A stretch of 63,349 nucleotides of DNA, the filler included, from Anaerolineae bacterium (GTDB lineage: Bacteria > Chloroflexota > Anaerolineae > Epilineales > Epilineaceae), in assembly GCA_029262755.1 (NCBI GenBank). It is 5 parts of 5 records of this genome, joined end to end, with 100 filler letters (N's around TTAATTAATTAA, not from the genome) between each part and the next. Parts side by side here need not be neighbours in the genome. Positions count along the whole stretch, not along the records: positions 28,025 to 57,855 come from JAJCYU010000103.1; positions 57,956 to 63,349 come from JAJCYU010000107.1; 3 more parts are not named here. One strand, written 5' to 3'. The notes beneath the pieces were generated by a model, which had not been told where the DNA came from, made no database searches, and was given only the letters and a program-made list of their open reading frames with translations. The translations under genes and the position numbers were made by a program. Position 1 is the stretch's first letter. Each line of letters begins with the position of its first letter. Below are positions 49,233 through 58,663 of this stretch, piece after piece.

Positions 49233-51713
49233 ATGACTACGACCCGCTGGGCGTTACCCGTCACGGTTGCGCTCGTTGCGCTGTGTTTGGCGGTAGGTGC
49301 CCTTGTACACGTCGAGCGCCGGGCAGCACGCGCCTCGAGCAACGCTTTTTCCGCGACATTTTCCGAGAGCACGGATGGCCGCTACGTCGTCGGATTCCGA
49401 CGGGGAACCACGGAGGCGCAGGCGCGCGCCCTCGTCGAGCAGGCTGGCTTGCAAGCCGGGCCATGGATTCGTCGCTCCCGGGCGCTACCCGTATGGACTA
49501 TCGATGCTTCCAACGGCCCCGCCATTGCCTCCACGCTCGAAGCAGATGGGCGGGCTCGCTATCTGGAGCCCGACTGGATCGTCGAGGCGAGCTTCACACC
49601 GAGCGACACGCGTTACCACCTCCAGTGGGCGCCCGATCAGATCGGCGCCGAAGACGCTTGGGACGAAGTAACCGGCTCGTCATCGGTCATCGTGGCCATC
49701 ATCGATACGGGCGTGAACAAGTCCCACTCCGACATATCGGGCAAGATTGCGCCGGATGAGTACGACTTCGTCAACGGGGACAACGACGCGTCGGATGATC
49801 ACGGGCACGGAACGCACGTCGGAGGCATCGTTGGCGCGCAATTCGACAACAGCCGCGGGATCGCGAGCTTCGGCGGCGACACGCGTATCCAGCCGATCAA
49901 GGTACTCAACGCCGCAGGCTCCGGGTCCAGCTCCAACGTGGCTGCGGGCATCGAACATGCGGCCGACCACAATGCCGACATCATCAACCTCAGCCTTGGC
50001 AGCAGTTCGCAGAGCACCGTCATGCGCGACGCAGTCACCTATGCCTACACGAGCGGCTTGTTGGTCGTTTCGGCCGCGGGCAACAACGGCAATTCCGTGC
50101 CACACTACCCGGCAGCGTACACGGCGAGCATGGCCATCGGCGCTACGGACAGCCTCGATCGGCGTGCGGGCTTCTCAAGCTATGGCACGTGGCTGGACAT
50201 GGTCGCTCCGGGTGTGGCCATTCAGAGCACGTGGTGTTGTTCCGGCGGGTCCCCGCCGCCGACCTATCGCGACGCGAGCGGCACCTCGATGGCGTCTCCG
50301 ATCGTGGCAGCTGTCGCGGCGTTGATGCTGGACGCCGATCCGGGAATGTCCAACGACGATCTGTGGGACATCCTCAAGGACTCTTCGGAAGACGTCGGGA
50401 CGCCGGGCCCGGACATCTACACAGGCGACGGCCGCGTCGACGCCGCCGCTGCCGTCGGCACCGCGAGCGTCGCCGGCACGGCCACGCCGACCCCGACACC
50501 CGAGCCCGACACAACGGTTCTCGAAGCCGAGGCCGACGCCGTGGTCGTCCAGGGTGCTCCCGATCAGAACTTCGGCACGGGCGGTGCGCTGCTCACAGGT
50601 GCCATCCCAGCCTTTCACAGCTTCCTTCGTTTCGACCTGCCTGGTGACATTGGCACGGTCCAGACTGCAACACTCCGCATCTACGCGATCGAAGCAAGCA
50701 CGCCAGGCTTCGACGTCCACGAGGTGACCGACACGTGGACGGAGCTCGGAATCACGTGGAACAACCAGCCCTTCCCCGCCGCGTTCGCCGCCAATTCGGG
50801 CGACTTTGGCGCCGAGGAATGGGTTGAGGTAGACGTCACTTCCATCGTGACCGGAACCGGAGACGTCTCGATGATCATGGTGCCCGGTGACGTGAACGGC
50901 GTGCAATATTCCTCCAGAGAAGGGGAGCACGCACCCGAACTGGAGATCCAGAGCACCGGAGGCGCTGGACCTCCTTCCACGGCTACAAGCACGGTCATCC
51001 CTTCTGCGACTACGGCACCCACTGCGACGCCTGTACCTACCTCAACTCCGCTGCCAACCACCCCTCCTACAGCGACACGCACCCCGACGCCGCTGCCGAC
51101 GAGCACGAACACGGCGACGCCGCTGCCGACCAACACCCCGTTGCCGACACCAACCCGCACCCCGACGCCGTTGCCGACCGCCACGAGTACGTCGACTCCG
51201 GTGCCCACTGCGACTCCTACGCTCACACCGTTGCCTACAAGCACCGCAGCTCCGGTCGTGCACGAGTTCGAGCCCGACGCCGATGCGCTGGTCCACCAGA
51301 GTTTCCCGGCGCAGAACTTCGGATCCCAGCCGCAGCTGAGCACGGGCGAGAATCCGGAGGTGCTTAGCTACCTCCGCTTCGACGTTACGGGTACCGCAGG
51401 CACGGTTCAGAGTGCGACGCTGCGGTTGTTCGCCGGCAACAACGCAACGCACGGAATCGACGTGCTCGGCGTCAGCGACAATTCGTGGGGTGAGTCCTCC
51501 ATTACCTACAACAACGCGCCGGCCACCGGCACGCTCGCCGGAAGCATCGGCGGATACAGCGGCGGTACGTGGATCGAGATCGACGTCACGACGTTGGTCA
51601 CAGGCAACGGGGAGGTCAGCTTGGCGCTAACAGCCGCCGGCAACGAACACCTCGGGCAGTCTTCGCGTGAGCAGTCGGGGCGGGAACCGGAACTTGTGGT
51701 CACCACGCAGTAG
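49233..51713 (+). CDS. Secreted S8 (subtilisin/thermitase-like) peptidase with two DNRLRE/CBM96-like domains
   Basis: Catalytic IIDTG, HGTHVGG, GTSMASP; two ADA.V....P.QNFG...LRFD...ATLR...W.E..IT.NN.P...SSRE domains around a T/P linker. Confidence 0.92.
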   Translation: MTTTRWALPVTVALVALCLAVGALVHVERRAARASSNAFSATFSESTDGRYVVGFRRGTTEAQARALVEQAGLQAGPWIRRSRALPVWTIDASNGPAIASTLEADGRARYLEPDWIVEASFTPSDTRYHLQWAPDQIGAEDAWDEVTGSSSVIVAIIDTGVNKSHSDISGKIAPDEYDFVNGDNDASDDHGHGTHVGGIVGAQFDNSRGIASFGGDTRIQPIKVLNAAGSGSSSNVAAGIEHAADHNADIINLSLGSSSQSTVMRDAVTYAYTSGLLVVSAAGNNGNSVPHYPAAYTASMAIGATDSLDRRAGFSSYGTWLDMVAPGVAIQSTWCCSGGSPPPTYRDASGTSMASPIVAAVAALMLDADPGMSNDDLWDILKDSSEDVGTPGPDIYTGDGRVDAAAAVGTASVAGTATPTPTPEPDTTVLEAEADAVVVQGAPDQNFGTGGALLTGAIPAFHSFLRFDLPGDIGTVQTATLRIYAIEASTPGFDVHEVTDTWTELGITWNNQPFPAAFAANSGDFGAEEWVEVDVTSIVTGTGDVSMIMVPGDVNGVQYSSREGEHAPELEIQSTGGAGPPSTATSTVIPSATTAPTATPVPTSTPLPTTPPTATRTPTPLPTSTNTATPLPTNTPLPTPTRTPTPLPTATSTSTPVPTATPTLTPLPTSTAAPVVHEFEPDADALVHQSFPAQNFGSQPQLSTGENPEVLSYLRFDVTGTAGTVQSATLRLFAGNNATHGIDVLGVSDNSWGESSITYNNAPATGTLAGSIGGYSGGTWIEIDVTTLVTGNGEVSLALTAAGNEHLGQSSREQSGREPELVVTTQ

Positions 51714-51784
51714 CGGGTCCAACTTTGCACGGGGCACGAGGAGAGCGGGGCTGCCCGGCGCCGTTGCTCGTCGCGCCCATCATG

Positions 51785-51813
51785 AGAACCCCTCGCCGAC
51801 GGCGGGGGGTTCT
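51785..51813 (+). terminator. Hairpin downstream of S8 peptidase (possible terminator)
   Basis: AGAACCCCTCGCC-GAC-GGCGGGGGGTTCT stem (one G-U pair); weak U-tract. Confidence 0.5.
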
Positions 51814-52047
51814 TGCGTCGTCGTTCTCCGTCGTTTGGCAACGTCATTTCACATCGTGGTCTCGCAACATGGTCTCGCAAAGACGGGCCAACGGCCGACG
51901 GTCGACGGCTGTGCACAATCATCTCACGCCAGTAGCACGGACTCGTTGCCCGCAGGTTGGCTACCCCGTCCCCTCCGGCACCGAGGCGGCGTCCAACACT
52001 CTGGTTGCCCCGATCATCGCAGCTGCATGGCCCCTTGGGAGCCCAAC

Positions 52048-54261
52048 ATGCCCGTGCGCCCCGGCAAGACGGATTCCACACACCGCGTCCTGACCGCGCT
52101 CCTGCTGGCGATCGTGGCAGGCACGCTTCGCAACGACGCGGCGAGCCCATCGCACGTTGCTGAGCACACGCCGCAACGCTCCGCGCAGCGCGTACATGCC
52201 GCAGGCTCCGACGCACTCTTCCTGCCGCGCGTAGACGTCTCGCGCGAGACCGGGCTGGCGGTCCGAGGGCAACTCGGAGGCGCCATCAGCGCGATCGAAG
52301 CGCTCGAGAATCACGTGGCCGTCGGCATCGGACCGCGCGTGCTCATCATCGACCTGACTTGGAGTCACGGGCTGCGGGATCACTGGTGGTCACCACCACT
52401 CGGCGGGGTGGTGCAGGGGATCGCACGTCATGGTGAACAGCTGTTGGTCGTGGCGGGCGGCGCGCTGAACACGCTCGATCTGTCCAACCCGACCCTCCCG
52501 AAGCTCCGGCACCGCGAACTCTTGATGTCTGCGGATGACGTGTCGGATGATGATGCAACGACGGCGCTGCCCGGCGCCGTCATGCGGATGATCGTATTCG
52601 CTGAGCGTCTGTACATTGGGCTCTCCTCGGGTGCGATCGAGGTGTACGACCTCGGCATCGAGCCGGCCGACGCGCCGCAACCCGCGGGCCGCTATCGAAT
52701 GCAAGGCGCAGGTTCAGTGTTGCAGCATATTGCGGTTGCGCGCGGACATCTGTTCGCGCTGGGCGGAAACGAGCTTCGCGTGATCGACCTCTCACGCCCG
52801 CCGCGCCCTACGGAAGGAAGGAGCCTCTCCTCGCACACGTTCGGATCGTCGTCTACACGCTCGATGGAATCGGACGGCAGCCGCCTGCTCCTGCTCAACG
52901 CAGACGGGCGAATGAACGTGGTGGACGTCTCGGCGCCTTTCGAACCCAACGTGGTGTCATCCTACAACGCACGCGCCATGCACCTCTCGGTCGCCCGAGG
53001 GCTCGCCGTGCTCGGCACGGACTTCGGCAACTGCGGAGCTTCGTCGCCGGGGCGGCTGCAGGTCGTGGACCCACGCGACCGCAACGGCCCGCGGCGGTTG
53101 CACGATCTTCGTCCCGCAGGCGTCCCATTGTTTAGCCAGGGAGCCGGCGGCCGACTGCTCGTCGTGCTCGCCGACTGCGAAGCCCGTGGAGAGCTGCGTT
53201 TCGAAATCTACGCGCCCGCTTCGGACGACGAGCCGCTCGATACGATCGCGCTGCCCATCGTACCGACCGTGATCGATGCAGCCACGATCGGTGAAACCGG
53301 TTACTTGCTGGCCGATGACGGAAGTCTGAGCGTGGTGGATCTGCGCGCTGCGCCACGTCCGAAGCGAATCGGGGGTTGGGCAGGGGGCGATGTGGGCGAC
53401 CGCTGGATCCGCCGCTCGGTCTCGTCGTCGGGCCGTCTTGCGGTCCACGGCAACAGGCTCCTGCGCGCATGGGGCAACACGGTCGCGGTATTCGACATCG
53501 CGCAGGCCGCTGCGCCACGCGCCATCGCCGCGATCCCGATGCCGGTACGCGATCCGGGCGAGCGGCGCTCGACCACGTTCACCGCGTTCGCCGTGCACTT
53601 CCATCCCAACGGGCGATGGGCCTACGTGGGCTACGGCGACGGCGCAACCATGAATCGCGGCGGTCTGATGGTGCTCGATCTCACCCAACCCGATCGACCC
53701 CGTGTGCACCAATTGATCGAACGTGAGAGCGATGTAAGCGCGCTGACCGTCGAGGGCGAGAGTCTGTATACCGTGTTCGGTTGTGGGTTGGCGATTTGGG
53801 ACGTTCGTGAAGCACGATCGCCCCGGATACTCGGCGAAACGCTGCGTGGCGAGTTGTGCGGAAGTCGCGCCATCGCTGTGTTGGGGGGACGGGCCTACGT
53901 CAGCGCGAACGCGCTCTCCATCCTGCCCGTTGTTTTCGATGTCGGGCAGCCAGCCGCCATATCGCTCTTCCACATGAACATGGATTCGCGCCTTCCGCTT
54001 GGCGTCATCCGCGATCTCTCCGTCGTCGATGGCCGCGTTCGCGTGACCGGCATCCTCGCGCCACGCACGGTTGGGGGACCGGACCAATGTCTTGAGAACT
54101 GTGCGTTCGTGGCTACGCTGGATACCCGGCCCTTCGAGCCCGTCCGCGTCGCGCGCCTGCGGGTCATTCCGGACGCGCTGCAAGGCCTCGGCCTCGCCCC
54201 GCTCCCACGCGGCATCCTGCTCGCCGCGGGCGAGTCGGGGATGTTCACGCTGTCTCGCTGA
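52048..54261 (+). CDS. Exported LVIVD-like repeat beta-propeller protein
   Basis: Hydrophobic leader, ALFLPRV motif, repeats such as LDLSNPTLP, VVDVSAPFEP, VLDLTQPDRP, FDVGQPAA. Confidence 0.75.
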   Translation: MPVRPGKTDSTHRVLTALLLAIVAGTLRNDAASPSHVAEHTPQRSAQRVHAAGSDALFLPRVDVSRETGLAVRGQLGGAISAIEALENHVAVGIGPRVLIIDLTWSHGLRDHWWSPPLGGVVQGIARHGEQLLVVAGGALNTLDLSNPTLPKLRHRELLMSADDVSDDDATTALPGAVMRMIVFAERLYIGLSSGAIEVYDLGIEPADAPQPAGRYRMQGAGSVLQHIAVARGHLFALGGNELRVIDLSRPPRPTEGRSLSSHTFGSSSTRSMESDGSRLLLLNADGRMNVVDVSAPFEPNVVSSYNARAMHLSVARGLAVLGTDFGNCGASSPGRLQVVDPRDRNGPRRLHDLRPAGVPLFSQGAGGRLLVVLADCEARGELRFEIYAPASDDEPLDTIALPIVPTVIDAATIGETGYLLADDGSLSVVDLRAAPRPKRIGGWAGGDVGDRWIRRSVSSSGRLAVHGNRLLRAWGNTVAVFDIAQAAAPRAIAAIPMPVRDPGERRSTTFTAFAVHFHPNGRWAYVGYGDGATMNRGGLMVLDLTQPDRPRVHQLIERESDVSALTVEGESLYTVFGCGLAIWDVREARSPRILGETLRGELCGSRAIAVLGGRAYVSANALSILPVVFDVGQPAAISLFHMNMDSRLPLGVIRDLSVVDGRVRVTGILAPRTVGGPDQCLENCAFVATLDTRPFEPVRVARLRVIPDALQGLGLAPLPRGILLAAGESGMFTLSR

Positions 54262-54291
54262 GAACAGATGGGCAATCGGGGCAACCGGGAC

Positions 54292-54723
54292 CTAGGCCTC
54301 AGGCTCAATGCTGTCCGGCTCATCGCCGTCCGTTGCCGGGATGCCGAGAGCCACGGTGTCGGGTTCCACGGTTTCTGAACTGCCGGTACCCGGCTCCGCT
54401 GAATCGATCCCATGCGGGTCGATCTCCAGCCGGTCGATCTCCAGCGATTGCAGTGGATCCGTGGCGGACACGTCCGGGTCGAGACTTCCGTCGTTGGACT
54501 CGTTTTCGTCCGACTCCTCGTCGTCGAATGTCACGACGACGGTCTGTTCGCCCAACACCACCGTGTCGCCTTCGTGGAGCTTGCGCCGGCGACGGGTTTC
54601 CACCGTCCCGTTGACCTGGACCTCGCCCGCTTGGATGCGCACTTTGGCCTCGCCACCGCTGGCCACCATGCCGCTGAGCTTGAGCAAGTTTTGTAGAGCG
54701 ATGACGTCCTGGGGCTGGTCCAT
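54292..54723 (-). CDS. S4-domain RNA-binding protein (YbcJ/YaaA-like) with acidic tail
   Basis: IALQNLLKLSGMVASGGEAK..I..GEVQVNG.VETRRRRKL..GD. Confidence 0.88.
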   Translation of the reverse strand: MDQPQDVIALQNLLKLSGMVASGGEAKVRIQAGEVQVNGTVETRRRRKLHEGDTVVLGEQTVVVTFDDEESDENESNDGSLDPDVSATDPLQSLEIDRLEIDPHGIDSAEPGTGSSETVEPDTVALGIPATDGDEPDSIEPEA

Positions 54724-54794
54724 CGGTTGGGCCTCTTGGGTCGAGAGTAGGTTGGAAGGCGGGGAGTAGGGGGCCGGCACGTCGTCGCGGCCGC

Positions 54795-56045
54795 TCATGC
54801 GGACCAATCCACGGCATCGCGCACAACGGGCAGCGTCATGCAGCGGCAGCCGCCGCCGCCGCGGCTCGATTCAGCGCCGGACATGGCAACGGCGACCCGT
54901 CCCGGCGCTGTGAGGTCGACGGCGTCGGACACGGCGGTTGCTGCGTCCATTACCGCGAAGCCGCGCGCCGAGAGGGCCTCGTAGGTGGCGGCGTTGCGCC
55001 CGTAGCCGATGACCTTGCCCGGCGAGAATGTGAAGAAGTTCGCTCCGCTCGACCATTGCTCCCGTTCCTGCCGCACCGGATCGTCGCCGCCGCAGGGCAC
55101 GGCTTCCAAGGACAGGCCCAACGCGTCTAGCGCGGGCAGCAAGCCGTCGTGATCGTGGATGGCGGCTACACCGCCGTCCGCAAGTCGCAGGTGGATGGCG
55201 CGACACCGCGGTTCGTCGAGGATCAGCGGCTTGTGAACCACGCACAGGCCCTCGTCGACCATGGTGAAGACCATGTCGAGGTGAATGGTCGCCCGCATCT
55301 TCGGTAGCACGACGACGACGACATCGCGGATTGCGCCCTGACGCGCGAACGAAGCGACGAGACGGTCGATGCCGGCCACGGAGCTGCGCTCGCTGTGGCC
55401 GACGACCACGAGGTCTTCGCGCAGCACGAGCACATCACCGCCCTCCACGGTCACGGAGGGATCGACGTTCGCGGCGCCATCGAAGCACAAGGGCGCCGCG
55501 AGGTCCGGGTGGTGCTGGAAGAGGGCGCGCATGACCAGGGCTTCGCTGCGCCGCACGTGGCTTGCCATGGCGCCGATCACCGCGCAGCCACCGACCGCCA
55601 TGGCCGCGTCACGCATGAAGAAGGTGTTGGACATGGGGGGGAGGTCAAAGCGGCCGGGATCGAGGTACTTCGCCAGGCTGTCCTTGCGCATCGGCGTGCC
55701 TTCGATCAGATGACGCGCCAACGTGGCCGGCTCGTGCCCGATTAGATCCCGCGCGCGTTCCGGACAGCCATGAAGCGCGCACAACGACGTGACCAACGTT
55801 TCGCGTACGTTGTTCTCGACCAGGACCTCCGCCAGCAGGTCGGTCAGCTCGCGCACCTCCGCCACCTGGCCGAGCACCGCGGTCATCTGCCGGTGTTCTC
55901 GCAGCGCAGGTTGCAGGAAGAGGATGTCGTCGTAGAGCGCATCGGTGGCGCCCGAAGGCGTCACGTTCTCAATCTCTTGACCGGGCTCGTGCACGATCAC
56001 CCTTCGCAGCCGCCCGATCTCCGAACCGATCGCGATGCGCGACAT
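54795..56045 (-). CDS. arcA: Arginine deiminase
   Basis: SEIGRLRRVIVHEPG, NTFFMRD, VEGGDV, HLDMVFTMVD, SRGGGGCRCMTLP; GGGGAG RBS. Confidence 0.9.
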   Translation of the reverse strand: MSRIAIGSEIGRLRRVIVHEPGQEIENVTPSGATDALYDDILFLQPALREHRQMTAVLGQVAEVRELTDLLAEVLVENNVRETLVTSLCALHGCPERARDLIGHEPATLARHLIEGTPMRKDSLAKYLDPGRFDLPPMSNTFFMRDAAMAVGGCAVIGAMASHVRRSEALVMRALFQHHPDLAAPLCFDGAANVDPSVTVEGGDVLVLREDLVVVGHSERSSVAGIDRLVASFARQGAIRDVVVVVLPKMRATIHLDMVFTMVDEGLCVVHKPLILDEPRCRAIHLRLADGGVAAIHDHDGLLPALDALGLSLEAVPCGGDDPVRQEREQWSSGANFFTFSPGKVIGYGRNAATYEALSARGFAVMDAATAVSDAVDLTAPGRVAVAMSGAESSRGGGGCRCMTLPVVRDAVDWSA

Positions 56046-56149
56046 GCCTGCGCTCCCCATGGCGCCCGCCGGTGCCGCTCGGACGAGTGGATTCTAGCGC
56101 ACGGCGCCCTAACTCGGTTGCATCAAATCGGAGGGGATCGGCCGCTGCA

Positions 56150-56656
56150 TCAGTCGAAGCCGATGACCACGAGCTCGCGCTTCCCGCGCGCCGGCTTGCT
56201 CTCGTCGGATCGGATGAGCTCAAGCGCCATCGTCGAATCCATGTATTCGCCCAGCGCGATGATCGGGTCGGCGTCCGGCCCCGCTTCCGCGATGGCGCGC
56301 ATGGCATCCAGCGCCTGATGCGTGGTCGGTCGCCGCGGCAGCAACCCGCCGATGAGCGGGATGGGGATGCGGATGTTTACGCGTTCGCGCCGCCCGTCCG
56401 CGTACAGTTCGCGGCTGTAGATTCGGAACCAAATGAATGCAAGGCGCCGCAGCCCTGTGACCCGCGGGCGTGCCAGCATCGCACGCATCTGCTCGACCTC
56501 GCCCAAGGCACCGATTCCGCCGCCCGGCGCCAGCGGCGCCGCGCTTGCATCGGGACGCGCAAGAGCGGCCGCTGCTTCATCGCGTACGCGCAGCACCCTG
56601 CGCCGCGCCTCGTCGTTCGGATCCTCGCTCGGCCAGACCAACGCTTCATCGCTCAT
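56150..56656 (-). CDS. Hypothetical protein with RVNIRIPI beta-motif
   Basis: GGGAG RBS before ATG 56656; co-directional with the SHOCT-like genes. Confidence 0.6.
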   Translation of the reverse strand: MSDEALVWPSEDPNDEARRRVLRVRDEAAAALARPDASAAPLAPGGGIGALGEVEQMRAMLARPRVTGLRRLAFIWFRIYSRELYADGRRERVNIRIPIPLIGGLLPRRPTTHQALDAMRAIAEAGPDADPIIALGEYMDSTMALELIRSDESKPARGKRELVVIGFD

Positions 56657-56717
56657 GACAGATTCTCCCTTGGTAGTGCTCGTGCGGTCCGGCGCGTTCG
56701 CATCCATCTAGCGCAGC

Positions 56718-57146
56718 TCATTCGATGATGACCTCAACGCGTTGCCCTTCGTCGGGATCGTAGTAGTCCACGACACGGCCCCGTGCACCACCGGATAGCG
56801 CCATGCTCAGCTCTTCGAGGTCGATGCCGGCCAGCTCCACCCATTCCACGGGTGCCGCGTGCCGACCCGCCCGCAGCAGAAAGTCCACGACGCCGCGGGG
56901 CAGGGTGATGTTGAGCCGGGCATCGCCCGACGCGGTATCGGTCACCCGCAGACGCACCGAATGGCCCGCGGAGTGTGGTCCACGCTCGCTGCTGCGGCGC
57001 GGGGGGGCCGCCCCGCGTGCACCGCGGCTACCGCGGCGCGCCGGATCGGCGCCCATCGCGGCGAGCAAGCGCACGCCCTCCTCCGAGGTGATCTTGCCTT
57101 CCTCCACCATGCGCAGCACCCGCATGCGCTCCTGGTTCGTCGCCAT
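56718..57146 (-). CDS. SHOCT-like domain protein (YvlB-like N-terminus)
   Basis: ERMRVLRMVEEGKITSEEGVRLLAAM, VRLRVTD...LNITLP, C-terminal RVEVIIE. Confidence 0.8.
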   Translation of the reverse strand: MATNQERMRVLRMVEEGKITSEEGVRLLAAMGADPARRGSRGARGAAPPRRSSERGPHSAGHSVRLRVTDTASGDARLNITLPRGVVDFLLRAGRHAAPVEWVELAGIDLEELSMALSGGARGRVVDYYDPDEGQRVEVIIE

Positions 57147-57278
57147 CAAGTCCCCCCTACTGGTGCCCACGAATGCATGGATACCAAGCATGCCACGACA
57201 GCGCGCCGAGCATGACGTACGCGAACCGCCCCGTCCGCGTCGCCATGCTCGGCGCACCGTACGGCGCCGGCCGCCCGA

Positions 57279-57855
57279 TCAGCGGCGCAGCGCCGCCAGC
57301 AACGTCTCGGCCTCTTCTGCCGAGATGCGCTTTTCCTCCACCATGCGGAGGATGGTCATCACCTCGTCGCCCGAGGCGCCCGGCACGGCCTGATCCGCCG
57401 CCGAAACCTTGTTATCTCCGCCGAGGTCGAAGTCCCACGTCCGGTCTCCGATGCCGACACGCGCACGCGCCACCTTCTTGCCGCCGCGCGCCGCACGTAC
57501 CACGGCCCGCCGCATGCGATGCTCCAGCCGCTCGGCGAAGCGCTCGCCGACGTGCGCCATGCGCAACCGCAAACGCTCGGCATCATGTTCGCCCAGATCG
57601 AGGCTTGACAGATGCTCCTCGACACCCGACACGGCTTCCGCGACGCGGCCCGCGATCTCCTCGGCCAACTCCTCGAAGCGGCCGGCCACGCGTGCGGCGC
57701 CCGCCGCGGCGGAGGCCGCGGCACGCTCCAAATCGACCTCTACGTCGCGCCAGTGCCCGCCGTGGTTGTCGTCGTGATCGTCCTCGTGCATATCGTCGTC
57801 GTGCATAGGATGGGATGCATGCATGTGTTCGTGCTCCTGACCGTGCTGATGGTGG
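57279..57855 (-). CDS. C-terminal part of protein with His-rich segment, coiled coil and SHOCT-like end (5' truncated)
   Basis: Frame open to gap (HHQHGQEHEHMHASHPMH...); ends EVMTILRMVEEKRISAEEAETLLAAL. Confidence 0.75.
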
Positions 57856-57955
57856 NNNNNNNNNNNNNNNNNNNNNNNNNNNNNNNNNNNNNNNNNNNNT
57901 TAATTAATTAANNNNNNNNNNNNNNNNNNNNNNNNNNNNNNNNNNNNNNNNNNNN
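57856..57955. other. Artificial contig spacer
   Basis: N-run/TTAATTAATTAA/N-run. Confidence 0.98.
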
Positions 57956-57956
57956 C

Positions 57957-58538
57957 GGCTTCGGTCTCGGCGAGATTTTGCGCATCGTGAGCCGACCGGA
58001 CTACGACCGGGTCGCTGCGCTCTCGCAGCAGCGGCAACTGCTCGAACAACGCGCGGTGCGTCTCCAACACCTGATCGCCGCGATCGAAGCGGCCACGGAA
58101 GCGCACAGAAAGGGGTATGCCATGAAGACGGAAGACATGCTGGAGGTGTTCGGCGATTTCGACCCGACCGAGCACGAAGCGGAGGCCAAGGAGCGATGGG
58201 GCGACTCGGACGCCTACACGCAGTCCACCAACCGTACCGCACGGTACACCAAGGAGGACTGGATCCGCATCAAGCGGGAGAATCAGGCGATCGAGGATGC
58301 TTTCCTCGCTTTGATGGCCGCCGGTACGCCGCCGGACGACCCCGCGGCCACGGAGGTTGCGGAGCGTCATCGCGCGCACATCACGGCCTGGTACTACGAT
58401 TGCAGCCCGGAGATCCACGCGGGCCTAGGGCAGATGTACGTTGCCGATCCCCGTTTCCGGGAGAACATCGACAAGTCCGGCGAGGGTCTTGCGCAGTACA
58501 TGTCCGACGCGATCGCAGCCGCAAGGTCGGGTGGCTAA
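57957..58538 (+). CDS. MerR-family regulator with TipAS antibiotic-recognition domain (5' truncated)
   Basis: GFGLGEI (end of MerR HTH region), EVFGDFDP.EHEAEAKERWG, HRAHI..WYYDC, GLGQMYVADPRF. Confidence 0.88.
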   Translation, partial: GFGLGEILRIVSRPDYDRVAALSQQRQLLEQRAVRLQHLIAAIEAATEAHRKGYAMKTEDMLEVFGDFDPTEHEAEAKERWGDSDAYTQSTNRTARYTKEDWIRIKRENQAIEDAFLALMAAGTPPDDPAATEVAERHRAHITAWYYDCSPEIHAGLGQMYVADPRFRENIDKSGEGLAQYMSDAIAAARSGG

Positions 58539-58663
58539 GGGCTCTTGTTCCTTGACGAGCCCCTAGGACCAGCGAGCCTCGGTTCGCGCGAGAGCGATCG
58601 TACGGTTTGTGGCCCAATGAGTCGCACCGCATCGAAACGACCGGGACCCGGTCGCGGGGACGA

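Noticed and set aside
6469..57955. Four identical TTAATTAATTAA motifs within N-runs
   Set aside because: Artificial contig linkers, not biological repeats; ORFs ending in LIN or X are artefacts.
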